From: the human T2T-CHM13v2.0 reference genome, Homo sapiens | DNA length: 64,000 bases | NCBI RefSeq assembly: GCF_009914755.1 | Contig: NC_060929.1 | Strand: one strand, 5' to 3' | In this document: one piece after another, positions 52,167 through 64,000 of the stretch | Position numbering within the stretch: position 1 is the first letter of the stretch | How the letters are laid out: every line of letters begins with the position of its first letter | The notes under the pieces: generated by a model | What the model saw: only the letters and a program-made list of their open reading frames with translations | The model's database searches: none | What the model was told of the DNA's origin: nothing | Translations under genes and position numbers: made by a program

Positions 52167-53399
52167 TAGCCAGGATGGTCTGGATCTGCTGACCTCGTGA
52201 TCCGCCTGTCTCGGCCTCCCAAAGTGCTGGGATTACAGGCGTGAGCCACCGCACCCAGCCTCTCTTTTTTTATTCTAAGTCACTATTCCAGAGGCTCTGT
52301 GTCCCTTAGGGTTCTTTAGAATCAGTAACAGAAGTTGATTCTGGCATAAGCAGAAAAGGACAGTACTGAAAACATTTTGGGTAGCTCACAGAATCACGGG
52401 AGGGCAAGAAGTCCAAGGTCAAAGGAGGCTACATACCGGGGTCCCAGGATGTGTCTGAGCAGGTCATTGCTGCTGCCAAGAAGGAGGAGAGTCTACAGCT
52501 GCCACACTCACCAGCACGTAGGATCGTGCTGTCGTCCCCGCTGCCTTTTTTTTTTTTTTTTTTCCAGAAATGGAGTCTTGCTCTGTCACCCAGGCTGGAG
52601 TGCAGTGGTGTGATCTCCACTCACTGCAACTTGGGCCTCACAGGTTCAAGCAATTCTCGTGATTTAGCCTCCCAAGTAGCTGGGATTACAGGCGTGCACC
52701 ACCAAGTCTAGCTAATTTTTGTACTTTTAGTAGAGACATGGTTTCACCATATTGGCTGGGCTGGTCTCGAACTCCTGACCTCAAGTGACTTGCTCACCTT
52801 GGCCTCCCAAAGTTTTAGGATTACAGGCGTGAGCCACAGCATCCAGCCCTGACTGCCTTTTGAAACTGGGTGTGGCTACCAGAATGGATGCGCCTTTCTT
52901 CCATTGCTTTGACTGACTGGCTCCAAAGTCAAAATTCTGGAGCTAGGCATGGTGGCTCACACCTGTAATCCTAGCACTCTGGGAGGCCGAGGCAGCTGGA
53001 TTGCTTGAACTCAGGAGTTTGAGGCCAGCCTGGGCAACATTTTTTGTCTCTACGAAAAAATAGCTGGATGTGGTGGTGCGGAGGTTGCAGTGAGCCAACA
53101 TCATGCCACTGCACTTTCCTGCCTGGGCGACAGAGCGAGATCCTGTATAAAAAAAAAAATCTGGAGCTGGTACACCTGATTGGCGACACCTAGGCCTGCA
53201 AAAGAAATAGTTGGCTGACATGGGTGGATGGCTTTTTAGCATCTAGAGTGGGAGCAGGACCCTGTTTCTTACTAAGACTCAAATGGTGAGGAATTCCTCA
53301 AACGTAGGAAGACAGTTCAGAGGGTGAGCAACCAAAAAATTTGCAAATGTCTCCTGTAGGTAGGAAGCATCTGGTGTTCTGTTCAGATCTGGGTCACAG

Positions 53400-55433
<2,034 letters not shown>

Positions 55434-55926
55434 CTGAAAGTTTGTTAAATTGAATCAAGTTATAGTAAGTCAATCACTACATACGCTATTCAATATTTGT
55501 GTAAATATTGACTCCATGCCAATATAAACATTAGTGAGTATGGCAAGGTAAAACAGTTAACATTTTGAAAATGCAATGTGTAACTAGCACTGATTTTTAG
55601 TATAATGCCTTATGGGCTAAATTAAATAGTTGCTTTCAAAATTGAGAAGCAAGGATCCTAATATCTATTTTTGTAGGGGAAGACAAAGGAATAAATATTT
55701 ACTGAGTACTACCCTTGTGTCAGATACCCTTGGCATACATTTAACATATTCAATTCTTTCAACATCCCTATAAGGTAGATCTTTCTCTGCTTTTTACAGA
55801 TGAAAAAATGAAGGTTTGCAGATGTTAAGTAACTTGCTAGGGGTCACAAAGGGAGTGACTGAGCAGGATTCTCACGTGGGTATGCCTGACTGTCCTGCTG
55901 TCCTGTACTGTCTTACATTTATTTAC

Positions 55927-58018
<2,092 letters not shown>

Positions 58019-58309
58019 CTGGTGAAAGATAAGGGTACTTAGATCTTCCATTGTCCTATATTGGTTCTACTTACATATGGGCGCTGGCAGACAGAAAGAT
58101 GACATCATTGCATCATTTCATTGTCCCCCAGGGAGACATTCTGCTGCCTTAGAGTCATGATTTAGTTGAAAAGGTAGACTAAAAAGCAATATGTTGGGTT
58201 CCAAATGACTGCTATAGTAGTTCATAGGAAGAATGGCATCTTAATCCATCTGCAGTGAAGCAGATATTTTGATTCACTGTAATTTAAAAAATAAAAACGA
58301 TGGACTCAC

Positions 58310-58396
58310 CCTTCTAACTTCATGACTTCCCTTTTCCTTATGACAATAGAGAATTCATTTCTCCATCCTTCACTTTGAGATCAACCCAACTTAAAT
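58310..58396 (-). pseudogene. Candidate 87-bp exon of the decayed gene
   Basis: tttactatatacttcctttaacAG acceptor, AGG|GTGAGT donor; DLSWVDLKVKDGEMNSLLS followed by stops. Confidence 0.55.
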
Positions 58397-58519
58397 CTGT
58401 TAAAGGAAGTATATAGTAAATGAAAGTAACTAAGAAGTTACGATTGGAGAAATGAAACCAATTTCTTATAAATGACAACAGGTTCCTGAAAACCTTATGA
58501 AGAAGTTGATTCAGGTTAC

Positions 58520-59978
<1,459 letters not shown>

Positions 59979-60479
59979 CTGATCAAATCATAGGCTTAAA
60001 AAAACCTGATTGTATGCAATTTCTGACTCCTGAAGAAATCACACAGGTTTTATAGCATGAGTGTAAAAAGGGAAGAGTCCACAGAAAATTTAGAATTAAG
60101 CATCAAATATGGTGGAGACTTTATCTACTTACAAAAAAAAGCTTCAAAATATACCTTATAAATTTTTAAATCTAATGTATAGGAGACCAGAATATATTTT
60201 ATTTTTCTTTCTTGATTTTTTTTCTTTTGAGACGGAGTCTTGCTCTGTCGCCCAGGCTGGAGTGCAGTGGCGCAATCTTGGCTCACTGCAACCTCCAACC
60301 TCTGCCTCCCAGGTTCAAGCGATTGTCCTGCCTCAGCCTCCCGAGTACCTGGGACTACAGGCTCGTTCCACTATGCCCGGCTCATTTTTTTTTTAGTAGA
60401 GACGGGGTTTCAGCATATTGGTCAGGCTGGTCGTGAAGTCCTGACCTCATGATCTGCCCGCCTCAGCCTCCCAATATTT

Positions 60480-63880
<3,401 letters not shown>

Positions 63881-64000
63881 CTAGGCGACAGAGCAAGACT
63901 CCGTCTCAAAAAAAAAAAAAAGAGATTCTCCTACCTCAGCCACCCCAGTAGCTGAGATTACAGGCACCCGCCACCGTGCCTGGCTAATTTGTTGTTGTTG

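Overview
Hominoid (human/great-ape type) genomic DNA, as shown by a full-length SVA and AluY/L1PA elements. Roughly half the window is Alu (on the order of 100 copies, judged by eye), and almost every ORF in the supplied track is an Alu or simple-repeat artefact. I see no intact protein-coding gene. Recognisable elements: a full-length SVA with a 15-bp TSD nested in two Alus (22327-24952); a processed HSPE1/chaperonin-10 pseudogene split by two Alus (32511-33592, minus); a 6 x 147-bp tandem repeat built from an L1PB-type 3' UTR that creates a 337-codon ORF (33613-34494); U6 and Y3 RNA retrocopies; a 3' L1PA fragment; several ERV1/MaLR LTRs; and an ERV1 insertion with the layout of a polyadenylated, internally shortened retroviral mRNA (R-U5-PBS-short internal-PPT-U3-R-polyA, 36936-37848). 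The main unexplained signal is in the unique DNA between about 29.0 and 60.0 kb. It contains a series of minus-strand AG/GT-bounded segments with mostly phase-compatible, stop-poor reading frames, several interrupted by TSD-flanked Alu/L1 insertions. I read this as the remains of a multi-exon protein-coding gene (unprocessed, possibly unitary pseudogene) that I cannot name. All alignments were done by eye from remembered consensus sequences, so subfamily calls and some boundaries are approximate.
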